Shown: positions 11,101 through 20,020, counted from the first letter of the stretch. The stretch is DNA of 64,000 bases from an uncultured delta proteobacterium (GCA_963840855.1 CAWJBB010000053.1:1-64000); one strand, 5' to 3'. Notes: a model not told the origin generated them from the letters alone. Numbers and translations: made by a program.

Positions 11101-11518
11101 CGGAGCGGAGTGCCATGATCTTGCGCCGCACTCGTGCGAGCGGCGAACGCGGGGGGGCTTCTCTGGCCACAATCTCAAATTGCGGCACGCACGGGACGCC
11201 GCCGAGAACGCGCTTGCAGTAGGTCGGCAGGTACGTGATCATCGGTTCGTAGTTAAATACCCACCCAATGTAAAGAAGAAGAACCACGTCCGGTTGACAC
11301 TCGCGCAGGCATGCAACAAGTCGAGGGACATCTGACCAGCTCCAGTCCTTCATGACGGGATGCACGACAATATTCGGGTGCGTGGCGGCGATACTTCCGT
11401 TCTTGCACAGGACGTGCACAGCAAGTCCTGACTTGGCCAATTGCTCGCTCATGTGGAGCGCATGGTTTGCCTCGGGGGCAGGATCCGGCGGGAACGCGGA
11501 AATGAGCAACACTCTCAT
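8165..11518 (-). CDS. Multidomain GT4 + GT2 + FkbM-like methyltransferase fusion (1117 aa)
   Basis: GT4 part (YWGYIYPGKGVETLLRAF, ADACVLPY); GT2 part (VSVIVAAYNVEKYL, INDASTD, FTDADD); FkbM part (VVDIGAHVG, IEPEPENF, ITLDRL). Confidence 0.85.
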   Translation of the reverse strand: MRVLLISAFPPDPAPEANHALHMSEQLAKSGLAVHVLCKNGSIAATHPNIVVHPVMKDWSWSDVPRLVACLRECQPDVVLLLYIGWVFNYEPMITYLPTYCKRVLGGVPCVPQFEIVAREAPPRSPLARVRRKIMALRSGRGVHWFFGTLLRDSARVIVLSTPHRARLLTQDPGIEEKSVILPPPPLIRFCTDSPDIARQRSREILGAGPDDFVWVYWGYIYPGKGVETLLRAFRMVSRRNANARLALVGGNLEIPNRKCNDYFQMVQRLPGILGIADKVIWTGNFNWNNDEGSRYLYAADACVLPYDYGVTLNSSSLAAASTHGVPVIGTELRVGRDEMLDHGRNIYLCPPRDPELLAEAMQLISENRDFRERLRSGIRDLAEQWHRWDAMTARMVGILESVVSCDKAPRREPSYSYASTYEKKSRNKAISSEKRSHHSDDALREVQKRNPDFSPLVSSEENSLNSVGSPLVSVIVAAYNVEKYLIQCLDSLVNQTLKNTEIIVINDASTDNSAKIINGYSARYPNIRVIHCESNRGLATVRNIGMRAARGKYIVFTDADDWADIRLCEEMYRRASEDNLDVLIADATVFYEDSKNFGRLFDHSIRRTLDPRLRTMPFDLRSEPRVLLLEPVAWTKLYKRSFLEKHKIQFEDGMNSYEDICFHFSVLLKAARISLLDKALLYYRMNRPSQISARTSRKIFEVFTVFQKIHDNLSAWDVSADIWSILVRVQLRQFDWLLKDRVQAAHKREFLALVARQFALIPEAGLREFTRHATPNELSRLLCMSRNWLHIYEGVAKQHWLLFTMLCAALKYGRSDLLNPRRRRGILRRRAISLIRSFINKSYQLKRVRNTFRTVHSSVKQLASKQPFALRMKEPLIETCRINNQLLFLYRCANSGIEHAIRRMQNDYYLTQAAVFREGDTVVDIGAHVGVVSIYLAKKFPFIKVYAIEPEPENFACLTRNIEANGATNVVAINKAVSGDCRQRTLYIDAGDNAWATINPLAAASRGVLRTALVDTITLDRLFQEYGIRHCRLLKIVAPGAVEEALGGITRGGCADLICGEVDLEDCNRVKLEIASWRIARQHFWRTVDQRAKPTVRSWISQLPTGSERFLASNLL

Positions 11519-11784
11519 AATTTAAACGGTGGTGTAGCGATAGGTAGGCTCAGCAATCGCCGCGGGTCTCGGCTGCCGAACAGGATGTCGTAGACGATAT
11601 TGCGACTGCCGTCTCCACAGCTCAGCTTGCTCTGTCCATACAGGAGGTGCACGGCATGCCGAAAGGCTTGCACCCGCCACAGCAGGCTGTCTTCGCGCAG
11701 TGGATCTCGTTGCTGCCGGTAATCACCACGGTGCCACTGACGACGCGAGAGGGTTGCGATCATCGATGTGACGTTACGTTTCAC
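11515..11784 (-). pseudogene. Internally deleted paralog of the N-terminus of the 4882-6423 methyltransferase/GT2
   Basis: VTSMIATL..RDP..LLWRVQAFRHAVH..SCGDG, IVYDIL and FGSRDPRRLLS match three separate segments of the 513-aa protein; frame stays open; ATGA overlap with the downstream gene. Confidence 0.8.
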
Positions 11785-11800
11785 GACATTCTCCTTCCCC

Positions 11801-12856
11801 TCAGCACTTTAGTCGCTCTTGCCATGCACTGATGATCTCCATAAAGATGTCGGTAAGCGAGCGTGTGATATTCCATCCCCGGTGGTGACTTTGAAAACGC
11901 TCAAGGTTGCTGATGTAGCATATGTGATCACCTTCGCGCGGCTGTTCACGGTACTGGTATTTCATCTTCTTGCCCGTTAGTTGCTCTACGGTCTGGAACG
12001 CTTCGAAAATTGAGCAAGAATTGGCCCTCCCGCCTCCAAGGTTGTAGACTTCGGCAATCCGTGGATTCCGGTAGACAGCTTCAACCGCGGTTGCAACGTC
12101 ATAGCTATGAATATTGTCCCGGACCTGTTTCCCCTTGTAACCGTAAATCTGATAGGTGCTCTGTTGGAGCTGAACTTTCACTAGATAAGAGAGAAATCCA
12201 TGCAGCTCGACCCCTGAATGATTCGGTCCGGTCAGACAGCCGCACCTCAGACAGCATGTCCTCATGCCAAAGTAACGACCGTACTCCTGAACCATAACAT
12301 CGGCCGCCACCTTGCTCGCACCAAATATCGAGTGCTTGGACGAGTCAATACGCATTTGTTCGCTAATCCCCCAATGATCTTCGGGATTCGCATAGTCCCA
12401 TCGCCAGTCAAGTTCATTCAGAGGAAGCTCGTTTGGGGCATCACCATAGACTTTGTTAGTTGACATAAAAACAAAAACTGCCTCCGGGCTTAACTGACGC
12501 GTGATCTCGAGGATATTCATCGTTCCCATCGCGTTGACATCGAAGTCGTCTAGTGGACGCCTAGCTGCGAGGTCGTGACTAGGTTGCGCTGCACAGTGGA
12601 CGATTAGATCAAAGGGTCCCTCATCCCGGAACAGGGATTGTAACCCATACCGGTCGCGTACATCGACGTCATGAGCCCGAAAGTTTCGGGTTGTCCGCAA
12701 TAGCCGATTCAGGTTCCAGCGGGTATCCCCCTCGGGACCAAAGAAGTCCGCTCGCATGTTATTGTCGATTCCGACGACGGATTGGGCGCGCTGATCAAAA
12801 TAGCTGACCAACTCAGAACCGACCAATCCACTGGATCCGGTAATTAAGACCCTCAT
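11801..12856 (-). CDS. NAD-dependent nucleotide-sugar epimerase (CDP-paratose 2-epimerase-like)
   Basis: [45 protein letters not shown] motifs. Confidence 0.88.
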   Translation of the reverse strand: MRVLITGSSGLVGSELVSYFDQRAQSVVGIDNNMRADFFGPEGDTRWNLNRLLRTTRNFRAHDVDVRDRYGLQSLFRDEGPFDLIVHCAAQPSHDLAARRPLDDFDVNAMGTMNILEITRQLSPEAVFVFMSTNKVYGDAPNELPLNELDWRWDYANPEDHWGISEQMRIDSSKHSIFGASKVAADVMVQEYGRYFGMRTCCLRCGCLTGPNHSGVELHGFLSYLVKVQLQQSTYQIYGYKGKQVRDNIHSYDVATAVEAVYRNPRIAEVYNLGGGRANSCSIFEAFQTVEQLTGKKMKYQYREQPREGDHICYISNLERFQSHHRGWNITRSLTDIFMEIISAWQERLKC

Positions 12857-13679
12857 GACAAATCGTTTACGCCTAATTATAAGGCGCTTCAAACCGTAAT
12901 CCATGGACAACGAGTGAAGAATCTTGCTTTCCTCGGCATTTGCATCCTAAATCTTTGTCCGATGGTATTTGCAGCTAGGGAGCCCGGAGAGAATTTTGAT
13001 ATCGGTCTCATCCCCTGGCATTTTAGCAAAGGGGCGATACTAGCGTCAGTAAGCATTTTGACGTCATGGGACAGCCTAGGTTCGTCATAACGGCGCCGAT
13101 GCGAATGAAAGAAAAATTCTCGTGCCGTTCCGAGAGCGTATAAACTTTGGGTTCACGCTGCTATTTCTCCCACCTCCGTTCAACCGTTTTGATAACAAGT
13201 AACAGATTAGCCATGCTGAACAGGTTCGAAGCCTTGGAGCGACGTAACGCTCCCAAGAACGCGGCAAAGAGAGTTAGCACGGCAAGAAGTACCTACCCTA
13301 AAGGCCGGCTGGCTAATTGGGACCCACCCAGCCCTTTCCCCAACTCTTATCCAGCGCGAACAGGGTCCCTCTACCGAAGCATACCAGAATCCCACCGGGG
13401 CACGCGACACCTCCAAGCCACTTGAGTGTTAGACTACGATGCCCATCGCGTATGTGGTGGGCTACAGTATAACGATCGCAGCCATCTGAAAGGTTCCACA
13501 AACTTCCTGTCAAGGGACGGATACAAGCCCGTTCGCTCCATCAGATGTGCGGTTGTGCGTAACGCTGTTCAATCTCGAACCATTCCTTAACGCGAACTGC
13601 AGACGCCGATTCGAGACTTTGCCTATCAATACGATGACCTTCATCAAGTCGTTTGGCGTGGGATCGCGGAATAGCGAGG

Positions 13680-14675
13680 CTATTTCCGTTGCGATCGCGC
13701 GGTCTGTTGTTTTTTGGCCGTGCAGTAATAAGAAATTATCGCGCGTAAAAAATGATTCGGATTGCAAACCGTCGCTAATTGTCGATGGCGGATGAGATAC
13801 ATCAAAGTTTCTAAAAAGCGCCCGAGGCCTGCGCGCAACCCTGCAAATAGCATCTTCCAGACCTGCTGGCAGAGGGCCGCACGTGTTTGCTCTTTCTCCA
13901 TGGCCGAGAGCTTCAATACGTCGGCGTCATCGGTCATTTTCTGAAGTACCATGAGTTTATAATGGTTTAACTTCGAAATGTTCCGCGGGTGCGTCAGGTT
14001 ATTATCATGTGCTCGTTTTTGCGCAACTACCCGGGGATAATAAGCAAACTGACCGATGACGGACAACCGAAGGAAAAGGTGTCGGTCTTCGGCACTTTTA
14101 ATGGCTTCATCGAAGGCCCCAATTCTCTCCAATGCTTTTTTTGAGACCAAAGATGCGCTCAACTGCACATAAGTGCCCGGCAATAAGCTGACGTACGCAG
14201 AGCCTTTCATGAGACGGAGTCCGTCTTTCTCTTCGTGGTACTCGACGCTCTCAATTCGACTTCCAACAAGGAGGCTCGTCTTGATTATTTGGTGGGCGTC
14301 AAAACGAAGGGCATCGCCAAAACAGACTAGAAGTTCAGGATGGCGCTTGAATGCAATTTCGAGCTGCTCCAGGTGATGCGGCAAAAAGCGATCGTCCGAA
14401 TCCAAGAATGCGACGAGGTCTGCTTCTGCATGACGGAGGCCGGTGTTACGGGCTGCGGAAACACCGCGATTACCCTGTTGCCGCAGCTTTAGCCCAGGAA
14501 AGTTGTCGCGTCGCCAACTCAGAACTCGCGCAGCCGTGCCGTCGACTGAGCCATCGTCCACCACAATAATTTGTTCCGGGAGCCGGCTTTGACCGATCAC
14601 GCTGTCGAGTGCTTCGCAGATGTACGACTCCGCATTGTATGCCGGAATAACCACCGCGATGGTATAATCTTTCAT
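13680..14675 (-). CDS. Glycosyltransferase family 2
   Basis: AVVIPAYNAE, VVDDGSVDGT, GVSAARNTG, FLDSDD, AEDRHL. Confidence 0.9.
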   Translation of the reverse strand: MKDYTIAVVIPAYNAESYICEALDSVIGQSRLPEQIIVVDDGSVDGTAARVLSWRRDNFPGLKLRQQGNRGVSAARNTGLRHAEADLVAFLDSDDRFLPHHLEQLEIAFKRHPELLVCFGDALRFDAHQIIKTSLLVGSRIESVEYHEEKDGLRLMKGSAYVSLLPGTYVQLSASLVSKKALERIGAFDEAIKSAEDRHLFLRLSVIGQFAYYPRVVAQKRAHDNNLTHPRNISKLNHYKLMVLQKMTDDADVLKLSAMEKEQTRAALCQQVWKMLFAGLRAGLGRFLETLMYLIRHRQLATVCNPNHFLRAIISYYCTAKKQQTARSQRK

Positions 14676-15622
14676 CTACGACCTATCATAGCGGCAACGA
14701 GACTTCGCCACGCCTTTGATCGCAATGGCTGATATAGAATTGACCGACCGGCAGACATTGCCGCGAGGCGCCATTCTCCACGCCCCCTATGGTAACCCGA
14801 GTTCTGCTCAAAAAGCGCACACAATTTTTTTCGAATGAGGCCTCGGTAGGGCCTAAAATGTGGCTCGCCTTGAAGCAAACGCATCGCGACTATGTACCAA
14901 TTTGCGGGAGCTCCTTGGTTGCGAGAAACGCTCATTGCGTGATCCCGATAATACGTAACCACCTCTGGGACAAAATAAAAGTCCGCTTCATAAGCTAGGC
15001 GAATCCATAGGTGATGGTCTTCGTAGGCGCCCAAAGTCGCGTTGAATCCGCCCACACCTTCTAGCAACGCCTTCTTCGCCAAAATCGTGCTCGTCCAACC
15101 GAGGCTCGTACGCAGAAACTCAACCACTGGCTTCCTCAGCCTCAACACGGTGCCTGTTTCATAGGCATGACGAAGTTTCTCATGCGTTTTGGAACGAGAT
15201 TTGAAAACCCCTTCCGAGCCGTGCGTCCCGTTTTCATATTGGCGCAGAAAATCCGCGCCGATCCATTGCGCCTCAGGAAAGTTTTCTAACACCCGGCAGC
15301 GAACTCGCAGCGCGTGAGGCAGCCAAATGTCATCGGCATCCAAGAAGGCAATCCACTCCCCGGTTGCTTCGGCAATACCAAAATTGCGGGCGCTGGCCGC
15401 GCCGATGGGGCCCGGGTTGTGAACGACACGGACTCTCCGCTCAGCCGTTTCCCAATAACGAAGTCGCTGTAAGGTATTCGAGTCAGAACTATGATCATTT
15501 ATTACAATAATCTCTATATTATCGGAGAAAGCTTCTTGTCGCAGCGCTGATTTGATGGCGTCGTCCAGGTATTGTCCGTAATCGCGGCACGGAATCACGA
15601 CGCTTAGAAAATAATTTCGCAT
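14672..15622 (-). CDS. Glycosyltransferase family 2
   Basis: SVVIPCRD, INDHSSD, ASARNFG, FLDADD, YEDHHLWIRL; ATGA overlap with the next GT2. Confidence 0.9.
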   Translation of the reverse strand: MRNYFLSVVIPCRDYGQYLDDAIKSALRQEAFSDNIEIIVINDHSSDSNTLQRLRYWETAERRVRVVHNPGPIGAASARNFGIAEATGEWIAFLDADDIWLPHALRVRCRVLENFPEAQWIGADFLRQYENGTHGSEGVFKSRSKTHEKLRHAYETGTVLRLRKPVVEFLRTSLGWTSTILAKKALLEGVGGFNATLGAYEDHHLWIRLAYEADFYFVPEVVTYYRDHAMSVSRNQGAPANWYIVAMRLLQGEPHFRPYRGLIRKKLCALFEQNSGYHRGRGEWRLAAMSAGRSILYQPLRSKAWRSLVAAMIGRR

Positions 15623-16553
15623 CTCGCCTTATGTAATTCGCGTAATTCGCCGGCTTCGAACGGCCCTTACAGCTTGCTTCTCGCCAGTCCAGTCTCCGGT
15701 CAAGATACTGATCCCTATGTCTAAAGTAAGCATATGGTTTGTATCGTTAGTATGACCCGTCACGTTGGTTTTTTACAGTGCCCAAAGCCCCTAACCAGTG
15801 ACGATTCTGAGCGGGGATATTGCGCTCGCTGAAAAGAACGAAACGAAGCTTTTGTTTGCCCATCAACAAGCTTTCAAATTTATGAAAACTGGGTTTTGTA
15901 GCAAAGTGAACCTAACAGGGGTTAATAGCAACGTGATTATGTCAGGGTGTGGGGATGACAACCCTGACGATGCGAGACGAGAAGCGGATAGAGGTTATTC
16001 AAAGATGTTTCGGGGAATTCCGGTAGTTCATCGCGCAAGACCCTGTTACACGCAAAGTAGACCAGTGTTGACTCGTCACTTTTTAGTAAACGGAACCCGA
16101 GAGGTTTCCTGGTCTCTACAGCAAACCCGTTCATCCGAACATTTCTACAGGCTCGATCCTGCACTGCGTCAACATCCATCCAAACTTCTTTATACTGATC
16201 GCCGTTCCTGATTTTCACTGTTTCATTGCCTTTTTGTCGCTTAACCCTGAAAGCCGAACGACTGCCGGAACTCTCAATATCCTAAAGCCAGGGGCAGCTT
16301 TGGGGGCAACACTCATTTCCGCACTCATAATTTTCGAGATATATCCGCAGCTTAGAATTTTAATATAATTCCCCCCGCCCCACCAGTCCGCGCATTGGAA
16401 AGAGCTTCTTCTTGATCTCCCCTCTCCCCCCAAGGGCATTGAGGCCGAACTCTCCTGAGATGCGCGAACTTGAAGGCGCTCTGTATGAGTATTGTCGGCA
16501 CCTTGCATGCGAACGGTGCGGTTTAGCCGTTTCGATCCGCTAGAGCTGGTATG

Positions 16554-16641
16554 TGGTGCGGAGGGTTCTCTCAATCCGTTGTAGTCGGGACTTTGCCAGC
16601 TTATTTTGAGTCCGGCGCGTCTGCCGTTCCACCACTCCGGC
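16554..16641 (-). tRNA. tRNA-Leu(CAA), disrupted: canonical 5' half (16603-16641) with a non-canonical 3' half
   Basis: Minus strand reads GCCGGAGTGGTGGAACGGCAGACGCGCCGGACTCAAAAT (acceptor 5' strand, D arm, anticodon CAA at 16608-16606). The expected CCGG and T-arm TTCGA do not follow; the 88-nt stretch ends in CCTCCGCACCA. Confidence 0.75.
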
Positions 16642-16654
16642 ACGAAGAGTTATT

Positions 16655-16683
16655 ATTAATAACGAAGCAGCGATTGGGATACA
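16655..16683 (-). promoter_or_regulatory. Putative sigma70 promoter of the tRNA-Leu
   Basis: TTGTAT-N17-TATTAA on the minus strand just upstream of the tRNA 5' end. Confidence 0.5.
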
Positions 16684-16717
16684 AGAGGATCAAATCGGCG
16701 CAAGAATGACGACCCGA

Positions 16718-18079
16718 TCAGAACAGCATCTTCCAACATTCCGCCAGAGAGCTCACGCCGATGAGCGCAGGCTCCTTGATATGCTTTAGCTGGGCACTGT
16801 TGCTGGCGGGTAGGATGCAGCGCTCGAAGCCAAGCTTGCCCGCCTCTTTGACCCGTGCCTCGGCTTGAGCGATGCCGCGAATTTCTCCCGCCAAACCGAC
16901 CTCGCCGAAAAAAACCGTCTTCGGATCGAGCGCGCTATCGCGCGCGCTCGATGCGATGGCCGCGACGATGCCGAGATCGACCGCCGGCTCGTCGACGTGA
17001 ACGCCGCCGGCAACGTTGACGAAAATATCCTGGTCGAAGAGTTTAGCGCCCATCTTTTTTTCCAATACCGCGACCAGCAAGGCGACGCGGTTATGATCGA
17101 CGCCGATGGTGGTGCGCCGCGGCACGGCTAAGTAAGAACGGCTCACCAGCGCCTGCAGCTCGACTAGAATCGGCCGAGTCCCTTCCATGCTGCAAACCAC
17201 GGCGGAGCCGGCGACTTTTAGCGGCCGTTCCATCAGGAAAATCTCCGAGGGGTTCGTCACTTCTTTCAGCCCCGCCTCTTTCATTTCGAAAACGCCGATT
17301 TCATTGGTCGAGCCGAAACGGTTCTTGACTGCGCGCAGGATGCGAAAGCTATGGCCCCGCTCGCCTTCAAAATAAAGAACGGTATCCACCATATGTTCAA
17401 GCAACCGTGGCCCGGCGATGGCGCCGTCTTTGGTTACATGGCCGATCAAGAAGGTCGTAAGCCCGGTTTTTTTCGCCAGCACGATGATCGAGCCGGAGGC
17501 TTCTCGCACCTGGGCGATGCTGCCGGGCGCGGAAGGGATGCTCGATGAAAACATAGTTTGCACGGAGTCGATCACCAGCAGGCCCGGTTTGATTTTCTTA
17601 ATGTGATCGAGAATGTGCTCCAGGGAAGTCTCGCTCAAGACGAGCAAATTCGGCGCTTCGACGCCGAGCCGCTCCGCGCGCATTTTGATCTGGCGCTGCG
17701 ATTCTTCGCCGGAAACGTAGAGGCAGGTGACGCCTTTTTGGCTAATCGCGGCGAAGGCTTGCAAGAGCAGAGTCGATTTGCCGATGCCGGGATCGCCGCC
17801 GATGAGAATGACCGAGCCGCGCACCAAGCCGCCGCCGAGGACGAGGTCGAACTCGCCGATGCCGGAAAGAACGCGGCCCTCTTCAGCGGTGCTGATCTCG
17901 TGGATGGGCGCGGGATCTTCTTTCGATCCCAGACTAAGCGCGCCGCGCGCGGTGGAGGCTTTTTCAAATTTTTCTTCGGCAAAACTATTCCACTGGTTAC
18001 AGTCGGGGCACTTGCCCAACCACTTGGGCGACTGATAACCGCAGCTCTGGCAGGCGAAGATAGTTTTGGGTTTAGCCAT
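16718..18079 (-). CDS. radA: DNA repair protein RadA/Sms
   Basis: C4 zinc finger (CQSCG..KWLGKCPDC), GGDPGIGKSTL, KNRFG motif, Lon-like C-terminal domain. Confidence 0.97.
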   Translation of the reverse strand: MAKPKTIFACQSCGYQSPKWLGKCPDCNQWNSFAEEKFEKASTARGALSLGSKEDPAPIHEISTAEEGRVLSGIGEFDLVLGGGLVRGSVILIGGDPGIGKSTLLLQAFAAISQKGVTCLYVSGEESQRQIKMRAERLGVEAPNLLVLSETSLEHILDHIKKIKPGLLVIDSVQTMFSSSIPSAPGSIAQVREASGSIIVLAKKTGLTTFLIGHVTKDGAIAGPRLLEHMVDTVLYFEGERGHSFRILRAVKNRFGSTNEIGVFEMKEAGLKEVTNPSEIFLMERPLKVAGSAVVCSMEGTRPILVELQALVSRSYLAVPRRTTIGVDHNRVALLVAVLEKKMGAKLFDQDIFVNVAGGVHVDEPAVDLGIVAAIASSARDSALDPKTVFFGEVGLAGEIRGIAQAEARVKEAGKLGFERCILPASNSAQLKHIKEPALIGVSSLAECWKMLF

Positions 18080-18201
18080 GAAACTCTCTTATATCACCCT
18101 CTCGGGTGAGACTGAAAATTTTTCGGGCTCGGTTTTAACCAGCCACCTAAACAATTGGCGGTCAGTCTCAGAAGTGTTGCACCTTGACGGTCGGGTTTCG
18201 A

Positions 18202-18879
18202 TTAAAAACTATACGAGAGCAAACCGCCTTCCTGTTCCACGGTCACTGGTTTGAGTCCCAACTTAAGAAGGTTTTGGTTGGCCTCATTGGCTATCGTGTA
18301 GACGGGCTTTTCCCAAGCGATGAGCTCGCGGCAAAGATACTCGGTCTTGCTACCAGGGGCGGCAAAAGGAATAAAGATTTTCTCCGCCAGCGCCGCCACG
18401 TAGCGATTGCGCCGCGTTGCCATTTCAACGTCGGAGCGATGACGGTGACTGCGAAAAAAAGAAAGAAACAGCAACCGCCCTTTTTCGAGAGGTTCCTTGT
18501 GCTCGGGCCGAATGCGCAACTTGACGAGGCTGCGGGCAGGGAAAAGGATGATCGGCTGGTCTCCGCGCAGGAGAATGCTCAGACACTCCCGTTCCACCGG
18601 CGAGTGAAAGCCGCCGATGACGGTAACTCCTGCATCCACAAGTTTTTGGATGAGATCGTGGGTTTGCGAGATAACTTCCGCAGGGCAACTAGCTGAACAG
18701 AAGATTGCCAACTTGTGTTGATTGAGAATTGCCAGGTTCCCTATTGCCGTGACAGAGTCGGGCGCATCGTTCGCCAGATGGTGAATCAACGAATTCGGAT
18801 ACTCTGGATCGCCTTTGTCAATGCGCTTGATATCCACAGGGGTGAGTGAAAAATCCGTTCCGACTCTTATTCCCGGCAT
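18202..18879 (-). CDS. Short DprA/Smf-like (SLOG-fold) protein
   Basis: GNLAILNQHKLAIFCSASCP, VIGGFHSPVERECL, RRNRYVAALA, AAPGSKT. Confidence 0.75.
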   Translation of the reverse strand: MPGIRVGTDFSLTPVDIKRIDKGDPEYPNSLIHHLANDAPDSVTAIGNLAILNQHKLAIFCSASCPAEVISQTHDLIQKLVDAGVTVIGGFHSPVERECLSILLRGDQPIILFPARSLVKLRIRPEHKEPLEKGRLLFLSFFRSHRHRSDVEMATRRNRYVAALAEKIFIPFAAPGSKTEYLCRELIAWEKPVYTIANEANQNLLKLGLKPVTVEQEGGLLSYSF

Positions 18880-18900
18880 CTATAGCGCGCCTACCCCGGT

Positions 18901-19317
18901 TCATTCCCAAGGCATGTCGAACCAGTGGATGAACTCTTCGTAGCTGTCCTCGGCCAGGCTATACTTGTCGCCACGGGCATTGGTGCGTTCAAATCGCACC
19001 TTGGCATCTTTGAACAATTGAACTACCGCGTCATGGATCAAGGCCTTAACCTCGCTCGGGTCGCTCACGTCACCGGCTTCGAGTAGAGAAAAAGCCAGTG
19101 AACCCTCGTCTCTCTCTTTGGCGCTCTTGGCAGTGGCGACGGCGGCCGCGTAGTGCAACATACCGGCTACCATCACGGCTAGACGGTGCGTGCGCCCGTC
19201 AGGAACGAGCTTACGTAGCATACGCACCCATGCCTCGTAGGTGTCCGTGCCCACGACAGTGCTCAAGCTGCGACTTCTTTCCTTCTCAACCGCTTTTGCC
19301 TGTTTCTGAGTCTTCAT
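18901..19317 (-). CDS. Hypothetical protein
   Basis: Co-oriented ORF in the operon-like run, plausible composition, ends WFDMPWE; no family recognised. Confidence 0.6.
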   Translation of the reverse strand: MKTQKQAKAVEKERSRSLSTVVGTDTYEAWVRMLRKLVPDGRTHRLAVMVAGMLHYAAAVATAKSAKERDEGSLAFSLLEAGDVSDPSEVKALIHDAVVQLFKDAKVRFERTNARGDKYSLAEDSYEEFIHWFDMPWE

Positions 19318-19459
19318 ATCGCCCGGTTCAGTCTCCCTCCAAGCTCGCAAAAGCAATGGTGCGTGATGACATCAAAATCAAAACCGGCAAGATGTTCATT
19401 CCAAGTTGCTCTTGGTATGTTGCTTGGGAATAGGTTTCATGTCTCACCTGATGAGAAAC

Positions 19460-19828
19460 TCAGAATTCATAGCCTCGGCCCAACCAGTAATGCCAATCAG
19501 CGACGGCCTCTTTGGTCTCAAGATCCGCTGCCGACGGTTCCAACTGAGCCAGCGGCACCGCAATTTTACGCCCACGCCACCGCACTCGAACAAACATCTC
19601 GGATTCACACTCCTTCTCCGGAGCCATACCCAACACATTTACCTCTTCTCGTATTCGTAAAGGTGAAACCGCGCGCTTGGACTTGCAGCGAGCTTTAAAG
19701 GGGACTTTCAGCCGCTCCTCAAGATAGCAATACCAACCCATCGCTCGCTCGTCAGAGTTGTACGCGTCAACGACGGCTTCCATTTCAATCCGATGCTCGC
19801 GGGCTTTGTTTTCCTTCAGGCGGGCCAT
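19460..19828 (-). CDS. CcbP-like 'calcium-binding' SH3-fold protein
   Basis: RIEMEAVVDAYNSDERAMGWYCYLEERLKVPFKA..VPLAQL..EAVADWHYW pattern of the Calci_bind_CcbP family. Confidence 0.75.
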   Translation of the reverse strand: MARLKENKAREHRIEMEAVVDAYNSDERAMGWYCYLEERLKVPFKARCKSKRAVSPLRIREEVNVLGMAPEKECESEMFVRVRWRGRKIAVPLAQLEPSAADLETKEAVADWHYWLGRGYEF

Positions 19829-19837
19829 CGTAGTAGC

Positions 19838-20020
19838 TTAAGGATTGTTTACCATGTCACGTCCCATTCGGTACTTGATGTCGTAGTTGCCTGCCTGCCC
19901 TGAGACTTAGTCGAAGGGATGAAGTCCAACTTCTCATCCGTGAATCCGTAATGCGCCGCCAGCATCCGGTCGATTTCGTTGAGGATGGGCTTGGACGGGC
20001 TTGGGTCGAAACTCTTACGC
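19838..20020 (-). pseudogene. C-terminal remnant of an Eco57I/type IIG-like restriction-modification protein
   Basis: SKPILNEIDRMLAAHYGFTDEKLDFI followed, after a 29-bp insertion, by NYDIKYRMGRD. I recognise this as the typical C-terminus of such methyltransferase-fusion proteins. Confidence 0.65.
19889..19918 (-). repeat. Short REP-like element inserted in coding sequence
   Basis: CCCTTCGACTAAGTCTCAGGGCAGGCAGGC interrupts the FI|NYDIKY motif and shifts the frame. Confidence 0.55.

Noticed and set aside
13085-13680. Small ORFs between the GT2 and the epimerase
   Set aside because: Multiple stops, no recognisable motif; possibly decayed coding DNA but not supportable.
15623-16602. Group I or II intron interrupting tRNA-Leu(CAA)
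   Set aside because: No recognisable group I core elements, no group II ends, and no canonical 3' exon (CCGG...TTCGA...CTCCGGCACCA) found in the flanking region I examined.
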